Positions 1-15,049 of a DNA stretch of 64,000 nt are shown here, piece by piece. The position numbers were made by a program, and so were the translations under genes. How positions within the stretch are numbered: the first letter of the stretch is position 1; every line of letters begins with the position of its first letter. Source of the stretch: Trichoplax adhaerens. Its lineage: Eukaryota; Animalia; Placozoa. Under the pieces are notes generated by a model. The model was not told where the DNA came from. It saw only the letters and a list, made by a program, of their open reading frames with translations, and ran no database searches. The stretch is from contig NW_002060943.1 of assembly GCF_000150275.1 (NCBI RefSeq), positions 798,246-862,245 on the forward strand. Direction: 5' to 3'.

Positions 1-3000
1 ATGTGATTTTAGTTAACACAACTAATTTATTTACCTTTACTATCTTTAAACAACCTAATCAAATGTTTAAGAATTCTATAGCCTTTCTAGTGACTGATTT
101 ATACGGTAAAAATAGTGAATTCTTCCAATTATTTTTGTATTTATTAAGTTGTAAAAATATTGGTACCATCGTTATATTGATTAAGTTTCTAGTTAGGAAA
201 AGAAAACCTATAAATTTGTGTGGATTAATATTTGATAGGAGCATATAAATACTTTCTCTTTAAATCATGAAATTGCAGGTATTATTGTACCCATTTTAGG
301 ACGATGAAAAAAACTAGAAATACTAAAGCTTTAATTTTACGTTACATACTACCAGTACGGTATAACAATTAAACTCAAACACGTAAACATTTTTCAAGCC
401 GTCACTTAACGTCTGTAGAAAATATAGCAATGCTAATAAAATCGCTTTAGTTACGAATGTAACTGTAAGACATGAATTTAGGTAACCTGCGCAAACATGT
501 ATGAATATCAAATTAAATCCTCTTTATTGTATTTGCTAAGTATTCGATCAATATGCCTAAATAGGTATCTACCTAATTTGTTCGTTTTTAATCTAATACA
601 ATTGATTCTCTGTGTTATTGTTGAATTATTACTTGTTTTTCTTGAATGATTTTAATACTTTATATCTACGAACTATTTATTAGTGATTTGGATAGTAAAT
701 CAAAGATTTTTGCTCTTATTTTTAGAATATGCGTACCGTATATACAGGATTAAGGCATCATCAAAATATTTTTGTTTTTGACTCTAATAATTTAAATCTG
801 ATTATGTTCTTTACATCTAAAAAATAGTCGCAGATGAATTTTAATTTCAACTTAAAATCTTGGGATATGTAACAATGAGTAACCTAATTGTACTGTTGGC
901 TAATATTATCATCTACCGTAAGAATCCATAAAAGAGTAATCGTTCTTTTCAAACTTATGCGCCTACCATGCTGTCAATATAAGACTAACTGTTACAGATT
1001 ACCTTAATTTAGAGATATTCATGGATTTGCTAACAATTTATCAAACGCCAAACCGAAACTGTATGATAATAATAAGACTTATCCAACATTGTTTATTATG
1101 GTTGTAACAGTATCGATGATCATTATTAATGCTCTTCCTATGACCTAGAACGAAGCTAATGTCTTTTTATTGTACAAAATCACTTTTAACTTTTGATTAC
1201 ATGCGGGAGTGGTCATCTTCGGTATAAAAGAAATGCAATTTACACCTCTTATCTCTTTCAATTATATATTAATGGCCTTAGAAGTCGAAAAAATAGCAGT
1301 ATTATCGTAGGTATAAAACTCTATTTATAGCTGTACCATCTTAAATCTGTGAAAAATTCTTTTACAGTTGCATCTCAGCAGGTAAATATGTTTTTCATCA
1401 TTATAATGCTTACAGCCATTATGGGTATGAAATTATTTAATACGCGTATATTACGAAGCAGGTCAAATGTTAATAGGGGTTATCAGTTAGGAAAAGTTTG
1501 AAGTGAATATTTGAATATTAACTAAAATTTAATTATTGTACAATACTTACAATCCCAATGATTTTGCTGTCGATAGAAAATATCAATGATATAATGGTTT
1601 ATTCTGACAATTGTCCACTACACAGGAAATCAAGTCGTGGTGGAAATAAATAACAAATGTCGTATATCTATAGCAATATTTCGCGTCAATATAATCTGAG
1701 AAGGCTGATCGATAGAATATATTTTGCACTCTTGAAGAAATTCAGGATATTAACTAGTTCTTGTCATATTAAGGCAGTCAGAGCATTGAGCTAGAAATAA
1801 ATTTGAAATAAAATGGATCGTAAAATTATCTTCAGTGATATTTTATTGCATTTTAATATAGACATAAATGAAATAAATACTCATTGCAGTAGCTTTCTAT
1901 TGCTAAATGAAAACTCCGTAGTGTACATATTCTATTATGTTCCACTGATAAAGAAAACCCAACGTTCAATTATATTTTTAATAAATAATAATGAAATACT
2001 GCAGTGAAACTAAATTGATACGGATAGTTATAACATTTGATAATCTACTGTGCGTATAAGATAATATTGCAGCATCATTTCTATATTCTCAATAGCAAGT
2101 CAACACTATCGGAGAAAATATATACGATAAATATGCGTCAAAATCAAGTTTGACATTTCAAATAATTTTCATCATTTGTGATTAAGCCACAATTACCAAT
2201 GGTCTAACAAAGTATTCAGTACATTATTAGCTTAAGTACATCCATACACTGAAGTTAAAAATGAAACGTTTATATGATAATAATATCAACTCAATTTCAC
2301 CACAGTATTTCTATATTATTTATTTAAACCATAATTGAAAAATGGGTTATCTATTTACGTGATGTAATAGCATTTTCGGTATCATATTTCATACTGCAAA
2401 TAATTTACATCATTTCAATCAAACTAAAGGACCTTAGTTAATTTATCAGTACACAATTAAACAATATACATCAAACTCGAAAGGTGGAGCTAATTACTAA
2501 TGTGAACATTGTATTCATTCATAATCTGTACTATCTTGACCTTGTATATATCACATAACTATAATTTCAATATATTGTTGATATATTGGTTTCACTTCCA
2601 TCTAAAAGGTATGACCTTCTTTATTATCTATTTTCGATGATTCAAATAATATTCACTAATTAGAGTTGACCTATTGAAGTTATTTGTGGAGCATGGTGTG
2701 ACATTGACTCAATGAAACAGATAAGCTAAATTCTAATTTATACGTAAATAAATATTTTATCTTAGTTATCTAATGTAACATACGTATGCAATATTCAGGA
2801 CCATATAAAGTAAAGCATTCGTCCACATTCCGAAACTCGACGCATAAATCTTTATTCAAGGGAAAGCTGGACAAATTGATCAAAAAATATATGTGTGCAT
2901 TTCACGCTTTTTATCTTATTTATTAAATACGATAACAAATCGAAATGATGTCTTCCTTTAGCACAGTTTTACCGAGATGTTCTAATTAACCTATCGAAAA

Positions 3001-3574
3001 AAGGTTATTAAAAATTCTTTATCTGTGAGAAATTTGTGTTTAGCGAACTCCTTCGTTATCCACATTTTGATCATTATGAATTAATCATTATCTGTTGTCG
3101 TCATGCAGACAATGCTTCTAGGATAGTTCACGTATGTGAATATAATTATTACCTTAAACTCGAAGTATAGTCGCTAATTGGAGATAAGTTATAGCAAATG
3201 TAAGAGGATTCATTTCACTTTGCACTCCATCATTAGGAAAGACAATCATTTATAGCTGCAATCAAATTATGTCAGTATGCTTTCTTTCAAATGCCCCTCT
3301 CGATGAAGTCAATAGAAAAATGTAAATCGTAGCCCCTTTATAAATTATTAAAGTAAACAAGAATATAATAAAGCTTGCAGTAATCCTGAACATCTGCCCT
3401 CGTTGCTAAAATCATAAATTGATTTGAATTGTATTCAATAATAATACAACGTTTTAATATTGTCGCCCACCGCTTAATCCAAACTCCGATAATTATAATC
3501 AATTCCGTCAATTTCTGATCCTTTTGTAGTTAAATTACGTCTACATATGAAATTAGCCACTTTTACGATGGTGA

Positions 3575-3649
3575 TAGACACTACAATATTCGGTTATTGT
3601 AATCTGATCTTTATTAGACACTACAATATTCCGCTATTGTAATCTGATC
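3575..3649. repeat. Tandem duplication, 2 x 40 bp, each with a small hairpin
   Basis: TAGACACTACAATATTC(GGT/CGC)TATTGTAATCTGATC occurs twice. Confidence 0.9.
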
Positions 3650-5167
3650 GTCATATATCCATTATTTGCATGAGATTACATTACCTACGTACGCAATTTC
3701 AATTCACGATATTGTTTAACAATTAGTTTATGAACAATATAAGATACTCCGAAAATTCATTTACCCATGATCAACTTCTTTCGTAGCCTTACTCTAAAAT
3801 AATCTTCTTGTAGTCAGCTTAACCAAATTTAAATCATTTAACACAGTTTGAGACGAAAAATACGCAATAAATGCCTAGAATGGCTTTCATTTATCGGTAA
3901 CCAGAGTGAAACGTTTATTAACGATCTCCCTAATTTGCGATTATCATTTGGAAATCTCACCAAAGCAATATTAATGGTTTGTTTATTGAATTTGCTTTAA
4001 TCAAATCAAATTAAACCACAACTTAATGTAATTAATTCGGACATATCTTAAATATAGAATATTGAACAATCAAATATCAAAAATTCATACAATGGATAAT
4101 AGTATATGATCTTATAGATTTATAGTTCAAGACGTGAAATGTAGCTTATTAGTCCATGCAGTTTGCGATCCATTAATGATTTAGTATCGAAAGATTAAAT
4201 CCATCGATGATTATTTAGATTCTTTCTAGTAATTTATTATAGCAAGATACACTTAGATCTGAAGGTGCAAATATGATTACTATTAGCTCATTTGGAGTAT
4301 TTGCTGACCGATGCAACCAAGCGATCAAATAGCAGCTGAAATATGATATCAGATAGCAATAATGTTATCTTAGCCATGGAAGCAAAAGCTTTCTAAGCGA
4401 TAAAAATTACTGTGATATTTATTTTTGCAATGACCTCATATAATCCTTGGGATCGGATAAATTCCGTTTTATGGTGGAAGACAGTCATTAAATAATATTA
4501 AGATGCTTATTGTCTTGATTTATATCTGATCTAACTATAATCTAATTAATACCAAATAGAAATTTGATAATTCGCCTTATTTATCTCATGGCAACTTAAT
4601 AGAATTGGTAGATATGATTAATTGCATTTATCTTATGACAAGGATGGCTAGATACATGCTCAATTAAAAAATGTACAAGATGCATACTATAAAAATTTTT
4701 AAGGCTAAGAAATCACATCTTATGACCAGTGGATTTATATAGCATAAAATGATAAATATTTACTGCATTAACCGTTTCTCTATGTCACCGTTACTTAAAT
4801 ATCATACTAAACCCTAATTTCGCTGAAATAAAGATACTCAACCCCATGTAACATTTTTAATTGATCATTTTTCAGATAATTGCCTAACAAAATATCGTTC
4901 AAGTTGGATTTATAAACATTTACTCTGATAGGTAAAAAATAAACTCTTTACCACTTCTAAAATTATGAACTTTACAATTTTATCGTATCATAAGTATGCC
5001 CGCAGACATTTTAACTAATAAATTTTGGATAATTTTTTTGGCTTTGTAACTCATTAAGTTACGAGCTAGCTTTTCTTCAATTGGCAAATATTTGATTCAA
5101 TTTCATCGTATTCAAGTTAAGGTTCTTAAAAAATACAGAATAACTTATTGCTCCTTATACCATCACT

Positions 5168-8100
5168 ATGGATTTCAGCTATCGAATTATCTCGACTAAA
5201 GTGGTTCCGATTTCAATTTTCCTTTCTATACTAATGATCATTGCACCAGCTGTACAAAGTAAATACTTTTCATGCCCTAAAAATAACCAGGAAGATAAGG
5301 TACTAACTTTAGCAGGCTCATTTGATATTACTGGCGATGAATTAAGCGGAGTTGGTCCATTGACTGCTGCACATATGGCGTTGCGGCATATTTACTATAA
5401 CTCAACTCTTTTACGCGGCTACTGTTTAAATATGGATTGGAGTAATGCATATGTAAGTGCTGTAAAATCATAATATTTATGATAAACTAATTTATTCTGT
5501 CTCAATGTGCTTCAAGAATAGCGCTAGACTATCATAATAATAGTAAAGCTAAGATAAATAAGAAAATTAATACTTTCTAGTAGTACCTACGTATATTATA
5601 ATTGTTAACAAAGCAAATAAACTGCAATCGTATAGCGGGTAAATTTATACTTTCTAATTCACCAACATTCCCGGCTAATAGCAAACCTAGTACATGCAAT
5701 TCTCCATAATACGAATACTGAAAGTAATGATTAAATATACGTATATAGATATACTGTTATACACTAATAACAACACCAAATCAGATAAAATACTAGTTTT
5801 TCTGATCGACTTGCAGCTCTTGGAGTCGAATTAATTAGTCTTTTGATGGATAAGTGAGCAATAATGTTTGATTTGTAGTTATTAACATACTTACTACGTA
5901 TATCAAAATTACTCCATATTAAACTGCCAAAAGCCTCCCTCACGGCTGGCTTTCACTTGCATGTCATATTTTTTACAAGTTTTCCGGCTCTTCCTATTAG
6001 TTTACTTACAAATATTACATGAAAATATTTGAGCTGAAGATTGATGATACTTAAATCACCTAATATGTCTATTATGAACTGTAATAATTGTAATAACAAA
6101 TTAAAACAATTCCAAATCTGTCTCATATCAATCAATGAGCATTAGAACTTGCAAATATATTCCTATAAACGCATCATTTTCTTGAACAATTTTACCAATT
6201 GATATAATCTCGTAGATATAGAAACTAGGCATTCGTATGTATCCCTGAACAATGAAAGAAAAATCACTGTGTTAACAGGAAGCTTTTTCAATATTCAGAC
6301 TTGTACTAGATAGAGAGGACCATGTAGATCTAGCTATACTCAATAATGACCAAACAAAGTAAATTTTTAATAAAGTTTTAAGGTTCCTTCATCATTTTGA
6401 TCCTAATAGTAAGAGTAGTATTATTTTTTCGAATAGTTTACACTCGGCCATACTTAGATAGTTCATTACACACGGAAGAAGTTAACGTCGTAGTCTTTTT
6501 ATTGATTATTAAATCCTCTTAATTACAGCATTTACAGACTTGAAGTATATGCTTGTCACAACCCTCACTTGTGGCAAAGGAAAGTAAAGAACTCTAGTGT
6601 AGTTACTTAAAACTTGGGCTATTTCTCCCAGTACTTTCAGTTTCTATGAGAGAAGTATTTGAGAACTCGATTTCTCGGCTGATCTCCACAGACAACTGAC
6701 TAATTATTACACTATTCTTCATGATATGAGTCTTGCCGTTTCTTGAGCAATTACTTTTTTTATTCTACAAACATACGCGCTTAAATAGGTTTCTACAGTA
6801 AATTCCAATATTAACGAGTGAGAATTCATGCTTTACAAGTTACATTAATTAGTATAATACCATTACTAAATATACATGTCGATATTCTCAGATTTAGATA
6901 GCTACAAGCTATCAGGTGTTAAGACGCTTAACCTTCGTCCATATACAGCTCAATTTTTAGAGATTAACATAACTTATAAACCTACAGTAAATTAACTGCT
7001 AACAACTTCTATTTTTATCTCATTTCTACCATCCTATTATCAGCTACAAGCGCATTAAAACATAGCACATAACCTTATCTTATCTATTCATAAGCATTCA
7101 TTAATTTACAGTTACTTAATTAGTAACGGCGTACCGTGACAATGCTATACCTATCTTGAAAATGATCTTAGTCATAAAGTCTAGTCTTTAATAAGGATGC
7201 AGAAGCCCTCCTACATATTTAAAAATACTATACTCTATCTGAAATTCTTTTCACAAGGGCGTGTACCTCAGGTACGAAATAAAATTTTCATAATGATAAT
7301 GATTTCGTGTTCAATTTAAAGTTTAACACTATACCCTAAAACAACTAGATTTAGAACTAATTTTGTGAAATTATAATGAAATCTTAATTCAACTTTTGTC
7401 ATCAATTTTAAAAAATTTAAAATTTCTGTCGACATCGTAATGTCGTTTCAGTGCGATGCAGGCTTAGGCTTAAAGCTATTGTACGACCAAGTTACTACTG
7501 GAACAACTAAGTTGGCAGTATTTGGCTCATCTTGCTCCGTCGTAACTCAGCAGATGGCACGAATTACACCCTATTATAACCTGATTCAGGTAATTGTAAT
7601 TCAACAACCAACTGAACCAAATAAATGCAATATGAAATATAATAAATTGTATTTTTGCATTGTTGCAAGCTGTTATTTTCAATTAATTTCCATATTAGGG
7701 ATTATTACCAGTTATGTTCACCATTTTAGGGATAATTACTGCCGTGAGATTATGTTTTAAAACAAATTTACTATTGTCGTGGTTTTTCTTAACTTATCTT
7801 ACAAATATAGAGTATTGATGTATAAACTATAATGGTATAAAAAGTATATACGATAGAGAAAAGAGTAGATTTCGGCTTAAGATAAATTTGCATAAGGCAT
7901 TAAATTGCTCGTTGGAGATTTTTTTGAGTTTAACTTGCAGTCGTGATACTAGCAATAGCGTTAAAAACCATAAAGTTCTTCTACATTATTGAATGAGCTG
8001 ATTCACTTTAATCACTTTTAATTAGCTCTCCTATCTATCTTCGTCCCCTACGTTAAATTCAAGAGACGATTATTCAACATTATACCGTACCTACCCGTCA

Positions 8101-11100
8101 GAGACTTCTATTAGCTTGGCTAGATTAGAGCTTTGTAGAAGATACAATTGGAAAAAGATTGCAATTATATCAGAATCTCTACATGTTTGCTCAAAGGTAT
8201 AGGCCAAATCTGATCTATATAATAATTACAGCACGAATCAATAAGCTACTATAACTTTTGAAGCAAGCCTTTTATAAACTTTGGTAGACGGCTCAAATCA
8301 TGAGTCAACTTGCAAAGGCCAAAAAATTGGAAATTCTAGCCATCACAGAATTTGGTGATCGTGAAGACCCGCTTCAAGCGTTAAAAATTATTAAAGTAAT
8401 TTGCTTCGTGTTATCAATTGATCTATAATTTCATTTTTACACATTTAAAATTGCTAATTCGTAAGGTAAGATCTTTCGTTTTTCATAATTTTGACTAGAA
8501 AATGAAAGCTAGAATCATCATGGGAGGATTTACATCAACTTCAGCCTTAAAAGTATTCTGTCGTGTAAGTCAATACTTGAAAACATTATTCAGTAAAATC
8601 TTGATGCTATTTTGGCCATACTCTTTAATTTCTAATTACTCCTTGAGATGTTTACTCGATAAATTAGTAATTTTTCAGGCTCAATGTATAAATAATTTCA
8701 CTAAAATTTTTGAAAAATTACAGGCCTACCATTTAAACTTAACAACACCAAAGTATGTCTGGATGATTAAGGGTTGGTTTAATAGTAATTGGTGGAAGCT
8801 AGATCAAGAAAATATTACAGTTGGTAATGTAAGCTGTACTCAAGCCCAAATTAACCAAGCTATAGATGGTTACTTCTCAAATGATGGCCTTCAAATCTAT
8901 GATCAACCACTTGACACAGTCTCAGGCTTAGTAAGTAGTAATTACTTTACGGAAACCAAAAACTACCCTAAATTTTGAACCACGAGGTTGAGATAGTTAC
9001 GATATAGTCTAATCATATCAAACACATGGATAACTTCATTTCCATCGGAGAAATTAAATACAAGTATATTTATATATCTACCATCCATCTATTTTTCTCA
9101 ATAATATAAATATTATCTAGTCAATAGTCTAATTATCATGTGCAACCATGATGATAGTTAAACAAGATTACTACTTTAATATGACAATGCAAAGTTTTAA
9201 GCATCATAACTAATTCTGAAATATAGACTCCTCAGGAATGGAATAAACTTTATAATCAAGAAATGGCTCAGAAGCCGCTGAAACACGCCATTGACGACTA
9301 TGGCTCATTCGCCTATGATGGCATTTGGAGTCTGGCACTGATGCTAGATCGGTCTATTAGTTATCTAAAACGTCAAAATTTAACCTTGGAAGGATTTCGT
9401 TATAAAAGCAATCAATCTATAGTATATCGAAATACCTTCCAGAATATTTTAGATCATTTAAAATTTAAAGGTATTACGGTAAGTGAAATCTACGCTTTTA
9501 AAATAGATATCAGTAGTGTCATCAGTCTAGCTATTAATAAGCTGAGAATGAGATCTATGCTTGCTAAATATATCTCTGCAAAATACCCATGATGGGATTC
9601 TGCATATCCATAAATTTACTTCAAATTTGATAACGGGGTCTAATTATTTAGGTGATAAGCTCAGCCGTGTTATTCACTAAACAACTAATCTGGCATTAAT
9701 TTCCTAATACGGCGTAAAATTCATCCATAATTAATAATCAAATTTACTCAGCTTCCACTACTTACTAATTTAATATGTACCAATATAATTTTAATTTCGC
9801 TTGATGACAGATTCTAGCGAGTATTCTTAATAACATACTGTTCAATCGTATCAATTTTTATCTATGGTAACTCTATACTACAGTTATTTATCGATTTGTA
9901 AACACACTGAAATTAATCTTTTAAACCCACTATAGGGCCCAGTGAGTTTTCATGATGGCGATCGCTTAGGAAAAATCACTATAAAACGCTTCATCAGTAA
10001 GATTAAAATTTCAGTCTACCTATATTCTCTTCACGATTACAGCTAAATGGGTCTTTTCTGCGCGAAAAATCTTTAAAATTATTCAGATGTATAACGGATT
10101 TGCTACAGATCGTTATGCCGTGCGGCTTACTGCTTTCTGTCCTATTAGAGGCTGAGATATTAATTGATGGATTATGTATACCAAAAGCCCTAAAGTTCAA
10201 TTTAAATTCCAATTAGATCAACGCAACGTTATAATCGGTCAGTTTGATGATAAGACATCAAATACTACTTGGAATAACTCTACCGATATTGACTGGAAAA
10301 CGCAAGGTTAGCTTATTTCTTAAGCATCATTTTAACTCATTTCGAAGCATCAATGAACTAAATACGTGCGATGGCGAAATGATATAAATCTCTTTTGTGG
10401 TTATTATATTTGATTTTTCGATTTAAATCCAAGTTAATTATTTCAACTTGGGTAGGATATACTCTTCAATCATCCATTTTCTTTTTGGTATTACATTAAA
10501 TTTAGTCGACGATCTATCATCGTAGTTTATTTCATTTGGTTAGCAACTTTTTTAAATAATTATAGAACTGAAATTATAATTTTATTAACTTTCCTTCTGC
10601 TCTTACCAATACTACTCTACCATTATTGAAGTAGACGTTTATCTAGATATATTGAGTATTCATTTTGCATCTCCACCAGGTAATTCCGTTCCCACTGACT
10701 GGCGAACTATCACCATTACCAACTTAAATGTTTCTGAAATGGTCTACATGATCGTCATGATTCATGTGGGATTAGTCTTCGCTACTTCCTGCATCTTAAT
10801 GGCTATTTATTTCTACTATCGCAAAGAGCCGTAAGTGGATAATTCCTAATACAATAATTTTATGCCGTCAGTTATCCAATTTATCAATGAACAACCGATC
10901 TAACAGCTTCTACTGAAAGGATTGATAAATTTTAACAATGTTTTCTAGCCCTATTGCAACTTCAAATATCATATTAGACCTATTTATGGGATTCGGAACT
11001 CTACTTTGTCTCTCGTATGTTGGATTTCTTTGCCTAGAAAATGGAATTGTTGACCCCAATAATAAGATTTTAGCTTTTCTGTGCACGGTATGAATGCAAA

Positions 11101-13981
11101 GTAATAAAAATTGAAGCACAATTGACATAGGTCTAGCTCACTATCCTTTATTTGAATTTGATTCGTTACAAATAATACTATCAATTCCTCATCTGATGCA
11201 GTATTTTGAATATTTACTGTTTGCTCTCTTTTTAGTTTCGGAGTTGGCTATTGGCAGTCGGCTTTTCAATTACTTTAGGTTGCATATTTGCGAATAGCTG
11301 GAGTACATATAGATCACTTTCAGGCCGATCTTACAGATTGAGAGTAAGTTATTACATGTATTAGCTATATTTCCATTTAATACTAGAATATATCATACTG
11401 AACGAAAAGCTACGGATGCTCTATCTTCAACTGCTATTTACATAAAAATAAATTTTAGGTAGTCCTTTTAATATTGCATATTTAATTCACACAGCCATAA
11501 ACAAAGCCACCTTAGCAACAGCGTTGCCACCTTCTTTCTTGACAACTTTATATTTACTTTTATGTTAACTTTTATGCAGACGGTAGCAAGATAATTATTG
11601 TAATCCCTTCAATCACCTTTCTTATTTTATATTATTCAGTCTTGCCGGATTTGCTTTCAATTTTATAAATTATACGCTCAAAAAGGCATAATCTAGTCGT
11701 CGGACTGATCGCTATTACTTTTCTAACATTGCTTTTCCACCGCTTAATTTACTGTCGTTGTTATATATTGTCAAGATGTTATAGTCTCCATGATTTTATA
11801 ATCTAATTGGTTTATTAAATTATTTACAATAGTAATAAGTCTCGGTGATAGCATAACTCTGATAATCTTCTTTCCTGAATGAGCTCCAGTAATATACTAG
11901 TACATGCATGATTTCTAATTTTGCTCCATTTCTCTAATTATTACCTAGAAAATTAAAAAGAGCCATAGCTATGGCATTGCCATGTCTATCTTTATTTTTA
12001 ATATCATTTTATGTTCGCTACGAGCTACCGTTGATCAAGTAGAAATTTTTAATGATACAATATGGAGTCAGGTAAGGCCTACTGTAGGCATGATGTCGTT
12101 AGAATTAGAATAATTACCGGTACCTCAACTTAGCTCTTTCACTCCTTCGTCATGGTCAAAGATTAACAGACTTTAAAATCTTTTCATTGTATTCTTTCAG
12201 AGACAAATTCAAAGCGATGGTGATATATTTGTTCTACAAGTCAGAATATGCCGTTTCAGTAAATATATTGTATGGGATGCGGTCATCTTTGGTATTAACG
12301 GAATTATTCTACTTTTTGGAGCAATCACAGCTTGGCAAGCCCAACGTATCGATATTACTAATTCTAACTATGTTCGATATTTAGCTATTACCGCCTACAA
12401 TTTAATAATTTCAACTAGTGTTGCTGTTACCATGAGCATTGTCATCGTAGAACGGCCAACTGTTCGATTTGTTCTGATTAGCTTTTTCATCATATTATCA
12501 TCTCTATCAACAAACTGCTTGACATACTTACCTAAGGTAAAGTACCATTAAGAATACACTGATCTACCTAATTGCGCACTGGAATTTCAATATAATGGTA
12601 TCCAGTTTTAGCTGGCCCACTGATACATAAAAATTCCATTTTTGCGTAATCATTCCTTAATTAATAAATCTTTACTTACAGTTAGGTAGTTTCGAATACG
12701 CATGTACTATATTGATGTTTTCGGAGAAAATTACTAGTAACCTAAAGCAACTTTTAGCTTCCTAGATATAGGTTGAGAGTCTTCTAGAATTGAGTTAAAT
12801 GCAGATGATTCTTTTCAATCTTGTCAGACATCATTGAATATAATTGTAATAGTTAGCCAATATTTCTTGAATTAATAGCAACTCTCCTATAGTAAAATTT
12901 CAGCAATATTCCCGATTGTAACAATAAATTGTCAAACAGTTATTAGTATCGCCTATATCTCTTTTCAAATTTCAATTCTATACTCACTACTCCGTATAGC
13001 CTTAACTTAAATATTAGCTTTCACTTGAGCAAAATATTTTAGAATACATCCACTTATGAATTATAATTTCTAGCCCTGCAATAGTTATCGATTGAACAAA
13101 GTACTTGTCTGAAATTTATCTCATTCTGAATTAGATACTTCAATGCTAAATAAACTGGCCGGTTCAGGATTATCCAGAGCATGATTAATAACAAATGATT
13201 ATATTTAACTTCCCAGGATATTAATATGTCTTTTATATTTAAAAATTTAGACCGACATCTTCATTAGTTATTATTGAATTTATCTCTTTTACTTAGATCT
13301 TATAGAGCAAAATTGTAATTTTCCATCAATGCCGAAAATTTAAGTTACATTGTATTTACAATATAGATTCACCAAATGGTTAAAGACAGGAAGGGAATTC
13401 GAAGAAAGTCATTTCTAATTACCACTGGAAGGTCGAAAACATTATCGATGGTAGATGAACATGCTGAATTTAATTTATATAACGTTGAAACTCGGAAGCA
13501 ACAATTACTTTCAAAGGTAGGATATTCAAATTCAATACTACATCGTCCAAATAATCCAAGTATTGAGACTTATATAGTAATTAAGATTGCTAACAGAATA
13601 GCCATAGTAGGTACGGTCAATTACGGATTCATACTCATAAATTAAAATGACCATATGTTGACATAAAAATTTAGTATTCATGGGAGCATACTGACTATTG
13701 TATGACGGAATAAAATTTTACTTGTTTCTTCGATATGATAAATTTAGTTAGAGAACGAAATCAAAGATTTAACAACAAAAATTACGGAAAAAGATGCTGT
13801 AATTGAGAGAATATCAAAATATATCAACGATTTTATGAAGAAATACGTTGGAGAAGAAATAAATTTAGACCCAAGCTCAAGTACGACTATCGCTGATAGA
13901 TTTCAAATTCATTCAGCTCAATCCTGCGATGCAAAGTTCAGCAATATATCATCTCATGAAGATAATCAAGTCTATGATTAA
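5168..13981 (+). CDS. GABA-B receptor-like class C GPCR (gene A), ~872 aa, 16 coding exons
   Basis: Exons with GT-AG boundaries and a continuous frame: 5168-5452, 7452-7589, 8026-8196, 8288-8395, 8499-8564, 8724-8930, 9227-9478, 9936-9996, 10217-10306, 10680-10830, 10949-11087, 11236-11343, 11949-12071, 12201-12536, 13367-13516, 13748-13981. Signal peptide. Venus-flytrap motifs GSSCSVVT, LSYLSSSP, RTYPS, YVWMIKGWFNSNWW, AYDGIWSLALML, FKGITGPVSF-GDR. No Cys-rich domain (GABA-B type rather than mGluR type). 7TM ends in YLPK. Coiled-coil tail LENEIKDLTTKITEKDAVIERI. Confidence 0.93.
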
Positions 13982-14926
13982 TTATCAAAGTTCAAATAAT
14001 CTCTTTTCCGAAATATTATAGTTACTGAGGGTGATGAAAGCAAAGATATTTCATTACTGCGAGAAGCTGGATTAATAGCTCTGTAAATAATAAATTTTTA
14101 CTTGGCATAAAATTATTTGCGAACTTGCTTTTCAGAATATTTATGACATTTCATGTATGTACATATTTACTTTTAGCCATGAAAACCTTGTAAATATTGA
14201 AATTCTTCGCTACTACTGTATTACAGTGCTACGAAATTTCACGAATTCTCATTTAAAGATAGAATTTACGATGATCGAGGCTTGAAATGATCAATTTAGC
14301 TAAATAGCATGGATAATAAGTATAAGTATATTTAGAGAAAAATAATATCACGAAGACACTTTTGATTTATATTATTTCCATGATCTCTAAAAATCAGAAA
14401 TATTTAGCCTGTTCACAGCTAAACTTATATAGTTGTGTTTCTTTTTGGCCTATTCGATTAGTTATCTAAAGTCTCAGTTACTAGAAAATATTTGAATACT
14501 TTGCAATTTCTTTTATCTTTAATAGCAATACTGTAATACTATATACAGTATATCTTAATGGTAAATGTCTATATATTAAGTTTTCTCACACTGCAGATTT
14601 AGAATATCAGAAAAAGTAGCAATAACTTTAAATATTTCCGGATAATCTTAATTTATAAATTTACTGGCTGCCGGTTTATGTTTCGTATCTATATCTCAAT
14701 TTAATGCATTCCAATATAACATCGTTCATATTTACTGTTCTGAGTGATTAGAATCTTTACTTTCTGCACTTTATAAACATTGAATAACGCTAACTTGATT
14801 AAATTTGGTAATAATTATCGATTCTCATTCTTAAAATATTTCTACTTTAAGGCTTGATCTGGCATCGTTTTACTTAATAAATAAGATCATTTTGTATAGT
14901 AGATTCTATTCATCTGTGGTTTAGAC

Positions 14927-15049
14927 CAATGGTTCCCAAACATTTTTGGCCAAAAATTCCTTTTTTAAGTACTTAGCTTATTTAATAAGTTCAACCTAAA
15001 ATCAGTAGGGAACCCCTTGAGAGTCACGACTCCAGGTTGGGAACCACTA
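14927..15049. mobile_element. Decayed hAT (Charlie/Buster-type) MITE, 123 bp
   Basis: TIRs CAATGGTTCCCAAAC and GGTTGGGAACCACTA resemble the CAGTGGTTCCCAA Charlie-type terminus. Left flank GTTTAGAC fits the central-TA 8-bp target. The right TSD is degenerate. Confidence 0.6.

Noticed and set aside
1-5100. Short ORFs here and in 14000-21000 and 59931-62200
   Set aside because: AT-rich, low-information translations with no motifs or splice-consistent structure. Treated as intergenic or UTR.
12187-12384. 65-aa ORF from the track
   Set aside because: Wrong frame. The true exon 12201-12536 encodes TM5-7 of gene A.
13367-13981. GABA-B1-type RSRR ER-retention signal in gene A
   Set aside because: There is no RxR after the coiled coil, only a basic patch (RKGIRRK) next to TM7.
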